Source: Eledone cirrhosa
Taxonomy: Eukaryota
Assembly: GCA_964016885.1 (NCBI GenBank)
Contig: OZ024740.1
Coordinates: 256,246,001-256,310,000 of the forward strand
DNA: 64,000 bases
Reading direction: 5' to 3'
Shown here: piece after piece, positions 49,566 through 62,175 of the stretch
Layout: every line of letters starts with the position of its first letter
Position numbering within the stretch: the first letter of the stretch is position 1
Notes under the pieces: model-generated
Database searches by the model: none
Told to the model about the DNA's origin: nothing
The model's input: the letters and a program-made list of their open reading frames with translations, nothing else
Position numbers and translations under genes: made by a program

Positions 49566-50784
49566 TCCACCACTGATCCTTCATCTGAGAAAGACTCCGC
49601 CTAATACGTGATTTTACATTCTTGAGTTCCTCATCCAACGTATTCCTCTCCTGTAGTTTTGACAGAGTACGCCTCCTATCAGCCAACAAGTCTTCTATAT
49701 GTACATCATACTCATTAAACCAGTCCTGATGTTTTCTCTGCACCAATACCAGAACACGCCTGCCTACATCATAAACCGACTTTTTAAGGGTCGGCCAATC
49801 CTCACCAAGATCTGCAGCCTGCATCTCTTCTTCCAATGTCCTCTTCACATTTTTATCCTTAAGACGAGCAGCATTCAATCTTTTGGGCAGGGCAACACCA
49901 GGAGCCCGGATTTTACGTTTAGTGATTAGTTTCACTTTTGCGCGTACCAGGCGGTGGTCCGTCCAGCACTCAGCTCCACGAAGAGCACGAACACACTGCA
50001 CATCCTGTCTGTCACGCATCCTGATTAGGACGTAGTCCAAAAAATGCCATTCCTTAGATGCAGGATGCATCCATGTGGTTTTGAATTTGTTCTTTTGTTG
50101 GAACATGGTGTTGGTAACACACAGACACAGCTCCTCACACATCTGCAGCAAGAGCATACCATTGTTGTTACACTTCTCCACCCCATGCCTTCCGATTACA
50201 TTCCATGTGTTAAAATTCCTACCCACTCTAGCATTAAAGTCACCAAGCACGATGACTTTGTCTGCCTGAGGGATATTTCTTAAAACACCTTTCAAGCCAT
50301 GGTAAAAGGACACTTTTTTTTCATCGATAGAATTCATAGTTGGAGCATACACACTCACCAGGGTCGCATATCTTCCTTTGTCCAGCGGAATTCTCATGGA
50401 CATAAGACGCTCACTAATCCCTACAGGGAATTCTTCTAATTTATTCACAAGAACAGTCTTAACAGCAAATCCTACCCCAGCCTCTCTTCTGGTTCCTTCA
50501 TCTCTTCCTTTCCAGAAGAATGTAGATTCTCCACAAAATTCTGTAAGATGACTATCTCCAGCTAACCTCGTCTCAGATAAAGCCACGATGTCAAGATCGT
50601 AACGTCGAAGCTCCTTTGCAACAAGAGCGGTCCTTCGGTCAGGACGCTCCAAGGAATCCCTGTCAAGCAGCGTCCGTACGTTCCAGCAGCCAAGACTAAA
50701 TGCCTTGTTTGGATCTATTACAAAGGCACGATGACGAGCGGGCCCAGGCTGTGATAACCTGGAGCCCCTGCCCTTATTTTCCAA
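49552..50784 (-). pseudogene. RTE APE endonuclease
   Basis: CWNVRTL, ALSETRL, GVGF, SVYAPT, LGDFNARVG, WHFLDY, TDH. Confidence 0.92.
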
Positions 50785-50905
50785 TTATCTTTTTTGTTCC
50801 AGAACCTAAATTGCCAACTATCTCTTTTATATTGTTCTGGAACATCATTGAATTGGGAAAAAAAAAAAAAAAAGTAATAATAATAGGAACAATAATAAGA
50901 ATAAT

Positions 50906-53900
50906 GCTTTCTTTATTAACCACAAGGGTTTACATAGAGTAGACATTAAGGATAGTACAGGACATTACAGGACGGTAAAAATGGGCATTTCTGCGTATAA
51001 AAAACAAGAAACAGAGGATGTAATAATAGAACAATGAAAAAATTCCCCAATAGGGGGGAGACTTCAGAGAGTTATTCGTGGAGAAAACCCATTAAAAAGC
51101 CACAGTGACCCTTACCACCAAGGCAAGTGCCCTCTCCCAGTTTTGCACCTTTAATTTACAGACACATACTCAGAGTAGGCCTGGCCTATTCACTCGGGCC
51201 GTTCTTGCCTCTCTCACCCATCTTTCAACAAAATGCTGGGAAGAGAGCACTTCCCTCTCTACCCTGATTTTCCTTTAAAATGAAATTTGAAAAAGTTAAT
51301 CAGGGCATCACCTAAGAGGTAAGTGCTCGTCTTCAGCCCTTTCAAACGTGTCCACCATACTATATCTTTCGCCATGGCCACCAGACAGATAAAAACTGCC
51401 TGCCCTTCCCAGCTAAAGGAAGTGGGCGTGGCAATCCTCACGATGGACTCAGCTGGTAGCTGGATCCGTCCTACACGTGACAGCAGGTGTTCGACATAAA
51501 CCCACAAGTCAGCAATGCTCTGACACTGGACGAGTGCGAGAAGGACGGTTCCGTTGCCCTGCGCGCATCTCGGACATGCACCTCCATGCCTGTAGAGTTT
51601 ATGCCGAACTGGCAAAGCTCCTCGGTAGCACTGCCAGGCCAGGGATTTCTGGAAGTTGTCCATAGACCCGGGCCCGAAAGTTCTTCTGAAGAGATTGGTT
51701 AGTTGATTTTCGTCGACGCCTAGAGTTTCACCAAGTACGTCGTCGCTCTTCCCCTCCACTAATCCTCTATAGAACGCCAAGGTGGAGTTTCCACCGATCA
51801 CATTGCCCGATTGGTCGAGGGCTGTAAGCGCCTGAAGAAATTCCAGTCTCCAAGCGCTCCCTCTCGGTCTTCGCTTGACCCAGGACTGCAGCTCCGACAA
51901 GGAGACGAGCTGGGGAAAGACGCGTCTAGCAAACGGCGACCACACCTGATCACCGTCGAGGAAGAGGTAGAGATGTCGTAGTCTGAGCACGTGTCTGCGC
52001 ATCATCAGCCACGGCATGCCCAGCCCTCCACGTAGCGGGTGTTGACAGCAGATGGACCGCCTGACCATCGGAGCGCGTCCCTTCCACATAAAGCGAACGA
52101 ACAAACGCTCCAGCGCAGTCAGGCGGGCTTAGGACAAGGTACGACGGTCAGGCGGTAGTAGATGACGGCCGCGATATACGCGTTAGCCACCTCCGCTCGA
52201 CCTTTCAAGGATAGCTTCCTCTCGTCCCATTTCTGGGTGAGAGAAGCCACCCGTCTCGTCACCTCGTCCCAGTTTTTGTCCGTCTGGAGGTTCGGACCGA
52301 ACCAGACCCCGGTCCGTCCGTCAAGCGCCCGACGACGCTGTTGGACGGCATGGACCTGCCTCTACAGGTGCCGAGCTGCAGGCCCACTGACTTTTCCTGG
52401 TTGATCATTGCTCCTGTAACCGCTTCGTATTCTCTTAGTGTAGTGCCCATCGCCTCGATGTGTTTGGCGTTCGACACCACTACGGTGACATCGTCTGCAT
52501 ATGCTGACACGGATCTTCCGCATCCTAGTTCGCGCCGGACCCCCATCAACGTCTCCAGTTTGTGCAGTAATGGCTCGAGAGTCAATACGTACAATAGGGA
52601 CGAGAGGGGACATCCTTGGCGGACCGAGCGCATGATGTTGAACGGTTCCGAAAGGTGACCGTTCACTCTCACCACAGAGCAGATGTCGCTGTGCATGGCA
52701 GCGATCCAGCATCTTAAGACGGGCCCAACGCCAGCCGCCCTCAGGACTGTCGCTAGGTAACGATGGTCGACCTATCGAAAGCTTTCGACTGATCTAAATT
52801 GATCAAGGGTTCCACCTGTGCCAGGTTCCCTAGCTACCTTCTATACGATGTATCGCATGACGTGGAGGTTGTCGTGGATGGATCTGTCGGGAATGGCGCA
52901 TGGCTGCGCCTCTCCCACCAGACCACCAACGACAAGCGCCAACCTCTTTGCTAGCACCTTGGCCAAAATCTTGAACCCTGCGTTTAGCAGAGTTATGGGC
53001 CTAAAATGATCTGTTTTCCCCCTTGTTCGGATCCTTTCTCAGCAGCGCCACCACTCCTCGGTTCACAGAGCTGTGAATTCTCCCGTTTTGTTGCCAGTTG
53101 CAGTAGACGTCCACCAAGAGGCCTCCGAACAAGTCTGGCATCTGTACGTAAAGTTCATAGGGCAGACCATCCAAACCAGGGGATTTAAACCATGTGCAGC
53201 TAGTCATTGCCTCCCGTACTGTTATCGGCTTTTCGCAACTATCCGCCTCAGTAGCCGAGAGCCGCGGCAGTCCGTCGAGGTAGACACTAAAGTCCATCGC
53301 TCGATCCAGCCCGCCGCTTCCCCCGAACAACTGAGAGAAGTGTCGCTGAAAAGCTTCACACATTTTCCCGGGATCGAGTAGCATGCGCCCGTCGTGGTCC
53401 ACCAAAGACCGGATCGTGGCTTTATCGTCTCGACGCACCTTCGCCACTTGGGCCCATTGAACGGCTTTCGTCCCCTCGTGTCTGAGAGCACGCACCCTAG
53501 CTCTGACAACGCAGCCTTCGTGCTTTGCATTGAAGAATTGGTTAAGGGCCAATTTCGCCGCAAGTACGTCGGTCGCGATGCCTTTGCTAAGCGCCTCGTC
53601 TAATTTTCTAACTAATTCTCCCTCTGCTCTATTTTTCTCTATTGCTAAAGCCTTAACAAACCTAATGGACTCTATTCTAATTGCTCTTTTTAGAGCAAAC
53701 CACCACTTGTTGTTGACGATGGCCTCCGTCAACGCCCGCTTAACTAGTTCGCTAATCCGGTCTCTGTAGGCCTTGCACGCTGGTAAGGACGCGTTTAGCT
53801 TCCAGTAGCCGGGACCTCGTCTATGAAGCCTATCTAAGTGAAGCACACAGATCACGAATTTGTGGTCCATGTAGCTGACTATCTTGAATTGTGGACAGCC

Positions 53901-56746
53901 TATGCTAGACCAATCTATTTCTCTATAAAATACTCTATTTAGATATGATCTGGATCACCATATGCGATTTGTCCAAGTCCACATTGGCACATTCGGGAAA
54001 TCCAATCGGTACCTGTCAGACAGTTCAAAACGCCTGAGCAGGTTGGTGAAGCTCTTTCACCTTCCTCCCATATCCGCTAATCCCACACAGTCCCAGCGTG
54101 CATCTAAGATCCCGTTCCAGTCGACCACTAACACTTAAGAGCGGGACGTTCCAAGAAAGGTCTCCAGACGCCGGAAGAAATCAGCTCGCCCTGCTCCTGT
54201 CGGGGCATAGACGGCCACTAGCCTGAAAGCTTGCCCGTCTCCGCTGGTCACGTCTAGCACCACCAACTTACCTTCTGGGTCCAGGAAGATGGCCCGTATG
54301 GCGAGATCGAAACCTTTCCGAAAAAGCACAGCAACTGCTCCCCCCGATCCCGGACGGCTGGGAGTTGCGTACACATCGTAGCCGCCTTAGATCGGTGCGA
54401 AGGCCCGTGCTTCGGAGATTCTGGTCTCGCTGATGGCCACTACATCTATGTTTAGTGACCTGAGGTCGTTGAGCAGGTGGCCCTGCTTCCATGACGACCC
54501 CAAGCCACGCGCATTTATGCTGCCTATTCTGAGTGAGGTCGTTGAAATGGAGTGGAAAAGATGGGAAAGACCACTTACCTTACTTCTCGTAGAAGAAGGA
54601 TGGATTGTCCATCCTTTTCACTGCTTGTGGCCTCCTCAGGAAGGATGTCCTTATAAATCCTCCTGGAGAGTGCTTGTCGGAAGTCTCCGATGTCTTTGGG
54701 GAATTTTTGTTTTAGTGTCGTGTACTTTTTCTGTGTGATGCGAGTGATTTGTATGTGTGGAGGTGGTGTGAACTTTTGGGTATTTGTGTAGTCTTATTCT
54801 GTGATGCTGGTGTTGTGTTGGATGTAGTGTAATAATTGTTTGTTGTTCAAATTTAATGCTGTGAAGTGTGTATCGTTTTGGTTGTTTTGTTTTGTTTGCG
54901 TTTGTTGTGGGTTTCTTTCTGTTACCCTTTTTGGTGACTTTTATGGTGTTGGTGATGATGGTGTTGGGGTTACTGATGGTGATGGTGTTGGTCTTTGTGG
55001 TGATGGGGTTGGTGATGCTGGTGTGGATGGTGGCATATCTGTCCTAACTTTTTTGTTTCTTAGTTTATTTGTTTCCCTCTGTATTTTGTTTTTGGAGGGG
55101 GAAGGAAGAGAATTTTTTCTTTTTTGGTTTCTTTTTTTCTTTTTGCCTGATACCGTTTCCCACTCCTCGTCGTCACAATCTGTCTCCAGTTGCGATAAGC
55201 CGGGGAGTGGAAAATCCTCCACAGGCGTTCGTTTTGATTGTGGCGTGGTGGATGATGTAGGCGCTGGTGCTAGTTCTGGCGCGTTGGGTGGTGTTGGTGT
55301 TGGTTTTTCTACTGTTGCTGGGGTTGTTGCTGTTACAGTTGCTTCTGTTGTTGCTGCTACAGTTGTTGCTGCGATTTCTGCTGCTGGTGGTGTTGATGGT
55401 TGAGTCACTCGGGTGGGTAAGAGAGGTAGCCTCAACCTTTTAGCCTGAGGACAGAAAGCCCTTAGGTGGGTTCCTTCACCACAAACGACACACCTAGGCC
55501 TTCTGCCCTCGACGATTACGGTGAGGTGGCTGCCGTCAGTGAGGTCTATTACCTCTGGGATCTCCTCAATGACTTTATGGTCCGCTTGGATCAGGAGCTC
55601 CATCCCAGATCCGGACCAGTTCTCCTGCTTTCTTTCGCTATTTCAATTATCTTGGCGTTGGCCTCGATGCCGGCGAGGACGGCAGCCATTAGCCAGGGAA
55701 TTTCGATGGCCGGTGGAACGTGGGTCACCCTGATCTTCACAAGTCTCTGGCTACAATAGCTTGGGACCAGTGTGAAGTCGTCACTTCTTAATGGGACCAT
55801 GGAGTGTTCTCTGGCCTCCTGTGGTGTTTCAAAGAACACGTCCACGGTCCCATATTTCTGCCCACGTCTGATGTGGGTTTTTTTTGCCCACACATGTCCC
55901 AAAGTTTTTGGATTTGGGACTCGATGCCCGTTCCACTCGGCGTGATTTTATGTTAATTGTCCGATAAGACACGTTGCATAGGCGACGATGCTCCATTTTA
56001 TTCGGTGTGATGTGTGTGTGTGGGGGGGGGGGGAGGCTGGCCCTGTACCCATCTTTCTTTACCATTCCTTTGGCTTCTTCTAATTCCTCCTGAGTTACCT
56101 GGATCGCATCGCACGTTTTTGCTACTCTGGCAAAACTCAGGGTAGTTTTCTTAATTTCATTGTTGCTGTTGTTGTTATCGTTATTTTTGTTATTGTTAAT
56201 TTTAGATTCAGTTGTGGTGGTGGTGGCGTCAGTGGTGTTCGGTTTGGAAGAGTTCATTTTGGTTGAATTCATTTCGATATCACGAGTTACTTTATTTTTT
56301 TCTTTTGTTTCTGTTATCGCTGTGGTGGTGTTGGTGGTGGTGGTGGTGGGTGTGGCGGCTTTAACACCTGCAGTCATTGGTAATGGCGGGAAATGAACAT
56401 CTGCCTGAGACAAATTTAAAATATTGCTACTGCTTACATTTACAGTGTTGGCAAAGGTAGCAATATTTACAATGGTGGTGTCAGTGTGAGGTGTTAGATT
56501 GTGAGGAAGGAGTGACTCTGAGTCATCCATGATTTTTCAAAGAAAAAATTTTGTTTGATAATTATAAAAAGTTTAAATTTTGGGCTCAAGGCCCCAATAT
56601 TTTTGAGTGTCCTTTTCAGAAATCAATGTATCTGCACTTATATACAGTTAACAATAAAAACTTTCCATAAATGGCAATTTTAAACAACTGAAAATAACAA
56701 ACATTTGCGGAGCTCACGATGATACGATTTACTACGTAGGTCGCCC
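50906..56746 (-). mobile_element. Tx1-clade LINE copy 6, full length (5.8 kb), degenerate ORFs
   Basis: ORF2 about 51160-54540 (AYADD) and ORF1 about 54570-56530 (CVVCGEGTHLRAFC); (AAT)n at both ends. Confidence 0.95.
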
Positions 56747-56776
56747 ATAATAATAATAATAATAATAATAATAATA

Positions 56777-58023
56777 GGAATTGATAAGATCTGAATACAT
56801 TCGGAGAGTAAGGAGCGTATTAAAGTCACACCTGAACAGTAGGAATGCCATAAGTGCAGTAAATTCCCGAGCTCTGTCTATTATTAGGTACAGTGCGGGA
56901 ATTCTGAGATGGTATGTTGCTGAACAAAAAGAAATGGATAGGAAGACTAGGAAGCTATTGACTATCTACAACATGTTCCACAAGAGGAGTGATGTCGATA
57001 GACTCTACTTACGGAGATCTGAAGGTGGAAGAGGTCTTATCAGCATAGAGGACTGTGTTCAGATGGAGAAAAACAACCTACACAAATACGTGACTGATAG
57101 TAAGGAACCAATGCTCAGAATTGTACTGAAGGAGAGGACAATAGACCAGGGGATGTCCAAGGAGGAAATAACAAGGAGAAAGAGCAGCCTTCGTGAAAAA
57201 TCCCTTCATAGTACCTTCTTTGAGAAAACTGAATTCAGAGATCCATAGACATGGAACTGGTTGAAAAGAGGAGACCTTAAAAAGGCTACAAAAGGAATGC
57301 TAATGGCTGCGCAAGAGCAGGCCCTCAAAACGAAGTGGTTGAAACACCATATTTACAAGGAGGAGGCTAGCCCACTGTGCAGGATCTGTGGAGAGAGAGG
57401 AGACTGTGGCTCACATTGTATCCGAGTGTAAACACCTAGCCCAGACTCACTATAAGGGCTGGAAACATGATGTGATGGGCAGGGTGATCCACTGGCACCT
57501 ATGCAAAGTAAACAATTTACCACATTCTGAGAAGTGGTATGAGCATAAGCCAGAGTCGGTGATAGAAAACGATCAGATGAAGGTGCTGTGTGATTTTAGG
57601 ATACAGACGGACAAGAAACTGGAACACAATAGACCTGACCTGGTGGTTTTGGACAAGGAAAAAAGATCCTGCCTGATTGTGGATGTGGCTTGCCCATTCG
57701 ACACAAGAGTGCAAGAGAAGGAGAGGGAGAAAATCAACCGATACCAGGACTTAAAGTGGGAGGTAAAAAGGATTTGGAACTGCCATGAAGTCAAAGTGGT
57801 CCCGATTATCATAGGCGCACTAGGTACTATCTCAAAAAGTTTCCAGGGACGGTTAAAGAAAATTGGCCCCGCCACGCTTTTTGGAACGCTTCAAAAGCAT
57901 GCTTGCTGGGAACAGCAAGAACCCTCCGATACGTCCTGAATATTTGAGGCTGCAGGTAGTGGCTTGATATTCATTTCAACAAACTTTCCAGTTAACTAAC
58001 ATCAATGACTGAGACTCAAAGAA
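56777..58023 (+). mobile_element. R4/Dong LINE, 5'-truncated
   Basis: RLYLRRSEGGRGL, CRIC..ETVAHIVSEC, HNRPDL, DVACP, EKINRY, PIIIGALG; (AAT)n at both ends. Confidence 0.92.
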
Positions 58024-58580
58024 CAATAATAATAATAATAATAATAATAATACACTATTAATAATTATTAATGCAATCGTGCAATGCCTGTGCGTGACGA
58101 ATATTTTTAAAGTGAGGAAAGACTGTGCACTGAGCCAATCCCACTCTCTGAGCGACAGTAGCTATAACCCGAAAAGAAGAAAAGATCAACATCATCGGTA
58201 ACTACTGAGCCGCAGGTTTTATGTCGGAGTTAAACCAGTTTCCTGAGATACCTTCTGCTAGAAGAATGTCCTGACAAAGGTTAGGAGTTCTTCACTCCCA
58301 GTAGTTTAACTGCGCGATCGGCATCCAGCCCGATTATTTCTATCTCCCCGCGCAAAAAAAGAAAAAAAAAAAAACTCACTTATTGACACTTATACGTACG
58401 ACATACACACACGCGCATACATACGCGCGCACACGCACGCATACACACGCGCGCACACACACGCATACACGCGCGCACACAGCAACACTCATACATACAA
58501 ACAAACACACACACGCTACTCACTTACACACATACACATATATATATATATATATATATATCATTACTGATACAAGATTG

Positions 58581-58770
58581 GACGGTGGATTGGCAGTATC
58601 GGTAGAGGGGCGGACGCCATGCTTTCCAGCATAGTTATGTCCCTTTACGATCTGAGTTCAAATCCCGCCGAGGTTGACTTTGCCTTTCATCCTTACGGGG
58701 TCGATAAAATAAAGTACCAGTAATACACTGGGTACTTGCTAGCCTTGTGCCTAACGTAGAAACAATTATT
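58581..58770 (+). mobile_element. Deu/Nin-core SINE copy (a degenerate second copy follows to about 58915)
   Basis: Near-identical to 36666-36851; ATT tail. Confidence 0.9.
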
Positions 58771-59177
58771 ATAATTGCTTTACAGCGTAGAGCTATGGCT
58801 CTCCACGCTCTGAGCTTAAATCCCTTGCCTTTCATCCCCACGGGGTCAACAAAAGAGAGTACCACTGATGCACTGGCCCAGTCGCTGGATCAGTACCTAA
58901 AGCAGAAAAATTATTAAAGTTGTTTTCTTAAGGCCCGGTCGCTGGTGATGGTGATGGCGGCGGTAGTGGTGGTGGTGGTGGCACTTGATGTTGTTGTGTT
59001 GTGTGCGCGTGTGTGTGTGTTTTGTTATTTTGATTTTTTTCGTTTGTTTGTTGTTTTTTTTATCGTTTGATGCCGCTGTTGTTGTTGTTGTAAATGTTCA
59101 TTTCAATTCATTCTGAAGCTGTTGTTGCTGTAAACATTAGTGCCGGTGTTGTAGATGTTGGGGTTGAAATCTGGTCG

Positions 59178-59236
59178 TTTGACTGAGTGACGTCAGAATT
59201 AGCCGTCGAAACGGCTTGAGCTCAGCCGTCGGGGTC
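59178..59236 (+). ncRNA. Hammerhead-like motif with extended stem III (partial relative at about 42779-42821)
   Basis: Stem II GACG/CGTC, GAAA-CGGCT-tgagctc-AGCCG-TC; CUGANGA box atypical. Confidence 0.5.
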
Positions 59237-59255
59237 TTACTCGTTCCTATCACAT

Positions 59256-59337
<82 letters not shown>

Positions 59338-59569
59338 TCAACAAAGAGTAGAGAGTTTGACAACAGGTCGGTGACTTTACTCTAGATAGGGTAATGACAT
59401 GTGTAAATGTAAATGTGATGGTGGGGAGAGAGTGTAGACGTTATTGAGGTGGCGGGGGACAGTTGAGATGTATCTACATATATATATATAGTGATATGTA
59501 TATACATATATATATATATAAAATAAACGTGCTGCGGGGTTGCTAATGGGTTACATATGAATAAAGTTA

Positions 59570-59671
59570 GTCCTTCATCAGTGATCTTCCAACCATCATT
59601 GGTATTTCATCGCTTTAAAGACCATATACCTCCGGTTGGTGCGAGCAACGGCTAAAAAAAGTCGTTGGGAC
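59570..59671 (-). ncRNA. Strand-permuted hammerhead-like RNA, family C, downstream copy
   Basis: GGTAT-A-TGGTCTT-taaagcgat-GAA-ATACC-aatgatggttgg-AAGATCA-CTGATGA-aggac; predicted cut 59625/59624. Confidence 0.8.
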
Positions 59672-60204
59672 ACGTAAATAAAGGGGACACGAGTGTAAAC
59701 AAACAAAAATGGTGAAGCAACGAAAAGTGAGGAAGAAGGAGTCAAGTCCCAAATTTCTATGAATTTAAATTCGGTGAAATCGTGAACGAGAGAGAATAAA
59801 GACCATCAAACCTGGTTGGAATGTGAGCAAGGAAGGAATTCCGTACAGGTCTAACGGGAGGAAGAAGGGGTCTAGTCTGTGAATTCGGTAACCATAAGTT
59901 CTGTGAAATCGTAGACGAGAGAGAGAAAAAATGCTGACCGGCCTGGCCAAGCATGCGAAAGAAAAGAATTACGCACAGGTCAAACGGGTAGAAGGAGGAG
60001 GAGGAGAGGTAGTAACGGAGAATGAGTGAGTGAAGGGTGAGGAAGAGGCTAACAGAGAGAGTGACTGCTAGAGAGGGTAAAGATACAGAGAAAGAGGAAG
60101 CAGTAAGAACGAAATAGACGGGTCACAGCGGGGGAAAAAATATGTGTAAATATGAGAATAAACGTGCTGCGTGGTTGCAAATGGGTTACATATGAATACA
60201 GTTA

Positions 60205-60305
60205 GTCCTTCATCAGTGATCTTCCAACCATCATTGGTATTTCATCGCTTTAAAGACCATATACCTCCGGTTGGTGCGAACAACGGCTAAAAAAGTCGTT
60301 GGGAC
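60205..60305 (-). ncRNA. Strand-permuted hammerhead-like RNA, family C, upstream copy
   Basis: Same core as 59570-59671; predicted cut 60260/60259. Confidence 0.8.
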
Positions 60306-60380
60306 ACGTAAATAAAGGGGACACGAGAGTGTAAACAAACAAAGATGGTGAAGCAACGAAAAGTATATATATATATATAG

Positions 60381-62175
60381 AAGTAACACAAGAGAAGTAA
60401 CACCACAAGAGCATGAGGATAGAGAAAAAGCCCTCAATGCCCATATGACGATGTGGACAAATATAATGCAGCCCAACCAAAGGACTGCCAACAACTTCCA
60501 GGCCTGGAACAATGACGTGCCAGCGTTGTATGGGCTTCGAAAAGACCATAAAACGAGCAGTGACCCTGTCACAGGACCACCAACACGGCCAGTCTGTGGA
60601 GCTAACATTGCTAGTAACTACAGACTGGCCTACTTCCTCTCCCTGATCATACGCCCTATCATTGAAATGTCACCAGATGTATGTGACAGCACGGAGGACC
60701 TCCTCAGCAGAATCGGCGAGGGTAACCGATCTAGGGACCTAACAAACTGCTTAATAGGTAGTATGGATGTTGTGTCCCTGTATCCATCTACTGACGTGGA
60801 TTTTGCTGTGGAGAAATGCGTAGAAATGATCAGTGAGAGCAATGTTGAATTCCATGGGATTGATACCAGTGAGCTGGGACTCCTACTTAAACTTACCTAT
60901 AGTAATAATTATCTAGACACATATGACCTTAGCAACCTGTGCCCTACAAGACCAGCAAGAGGCAGACCAACTACCATTACCTCAATGGCCAAGAAAACCC
61001 ACACAGATAGATGGAACGGGTGGACCAGATCCATACGGACCCCAGAAAACCACGATGATCTAAAGAAAATGATTGCACATGCGGTGGGTGCCAGCATAAA
61101 ATTAACCCTTAAGGAACATATGTTCAAATTTAATGGAAAAACATATGCCCAAGAGGAGGGAGCAGCCATTGGTGTTAGCATTGCAGGCGACATAACTAAC
61201 CTATTCATGGTATGGTGGGACAGTAGACTTAAACTTAAACTTAAAGAACAATTAGAAGACCCCTTAACCCTGATAATGTACTCCCGCTACGTTGATGATA
61301 TAAACATCGTAGTTAAAACACCCCCACTAGAAACCAGTCAGGAATTAGAGAAAAACACAATGGAAAGCATCCAGCAAATAGCTAACTCCATCCACCAGAG
61401 TATTAGAGTTACTATAGACTACCAAAGCAAACACCCCAACCATCGATTACCTGTACTAGACACAGAGCTCTGGTTAGATACAATTAATAACAAGAAACAA
61501 ATCCTCCATTCCCATTATGCCAAACCCATGATTTCCAAATATCTGATCCACCGAAACTCAGCTGTTTCGGACCATACCAAAATCAACATACTGATTGCGG
61601 ATTTGGTACGGGTGATGAGAAACGTGTCCCGCGTGTGCAACCCCGAAGAACTAGAGAGACACATACAACACTTCATCCACCGTATGCAGTTCTCTGGTTA
61701 CAATCAGAGAGATGAAATCAGAGTATATAGAGGAGCCAGAACCAAATGGGAAAAAATGGTAAATAATGACACAAATGGGACCTGCCCCTTGTATAGGAGC
61801 AAATTTTGGAATAGAATAGAAAGAACTAGGAATAAGGCTAATAGAATAAACTCATGGTATGATAGCAATAAATACCAGAGTGTAATGTTCATCGATACAA
61901 CCCCTAGAGGTGAATTAGCTTACAAATTTAGAAGGGCCCTAGATAAACATAAACTCAATATTAAGATAGTAGAAAGACCAGGTACCTCCGTAAAAACACT
62001 AGCAAGACATACCCTTTTCAAAGACCTCCCTGTATAGTTAAGAAATGTATAATCTGTAAATTAAGCCCCCCTATTAACTGTAAAACTAGAAATGTAGTAT
62101 ATAGCATAAGATGTACTGAAGGACAATGTAGAGATAAAAATATAGTGTACATAGGTGAGACAGCTCGTAATGCTA
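60381..62175 (+). mobile_element. Penelope-like element, truncated at both ends (530-aa open RT segment 60445-62037)
   Basis: RPVCG, GSMDVVSLYPS, QEEGAAIG, YSRYVDD, LPVLD; then CxxC, VVY...YIGETARN (GIY-YIG). Confidence 0.9.

Larger units (their letters stand above)
47094..50790 (-). mobile_element. RTE-clade LINE, near full length
   Basis: Single APE plus RT frame with a frameshift near 49555. The probable 3' terminus with (ATC)n at about 47094-47140 is separated from the body by microsatellites. Confidence 0.9.
59521..60363 (-). mobile_element. Non-coding retrozyme-like element, family C (635-bp period, about 205-bp terminal direct repeats, two ribozymes)
   Basis: 59521-59727 is repeated at 60157-60363; (TA)n on both sides; no credible ORF. 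Confidence 0.75.
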
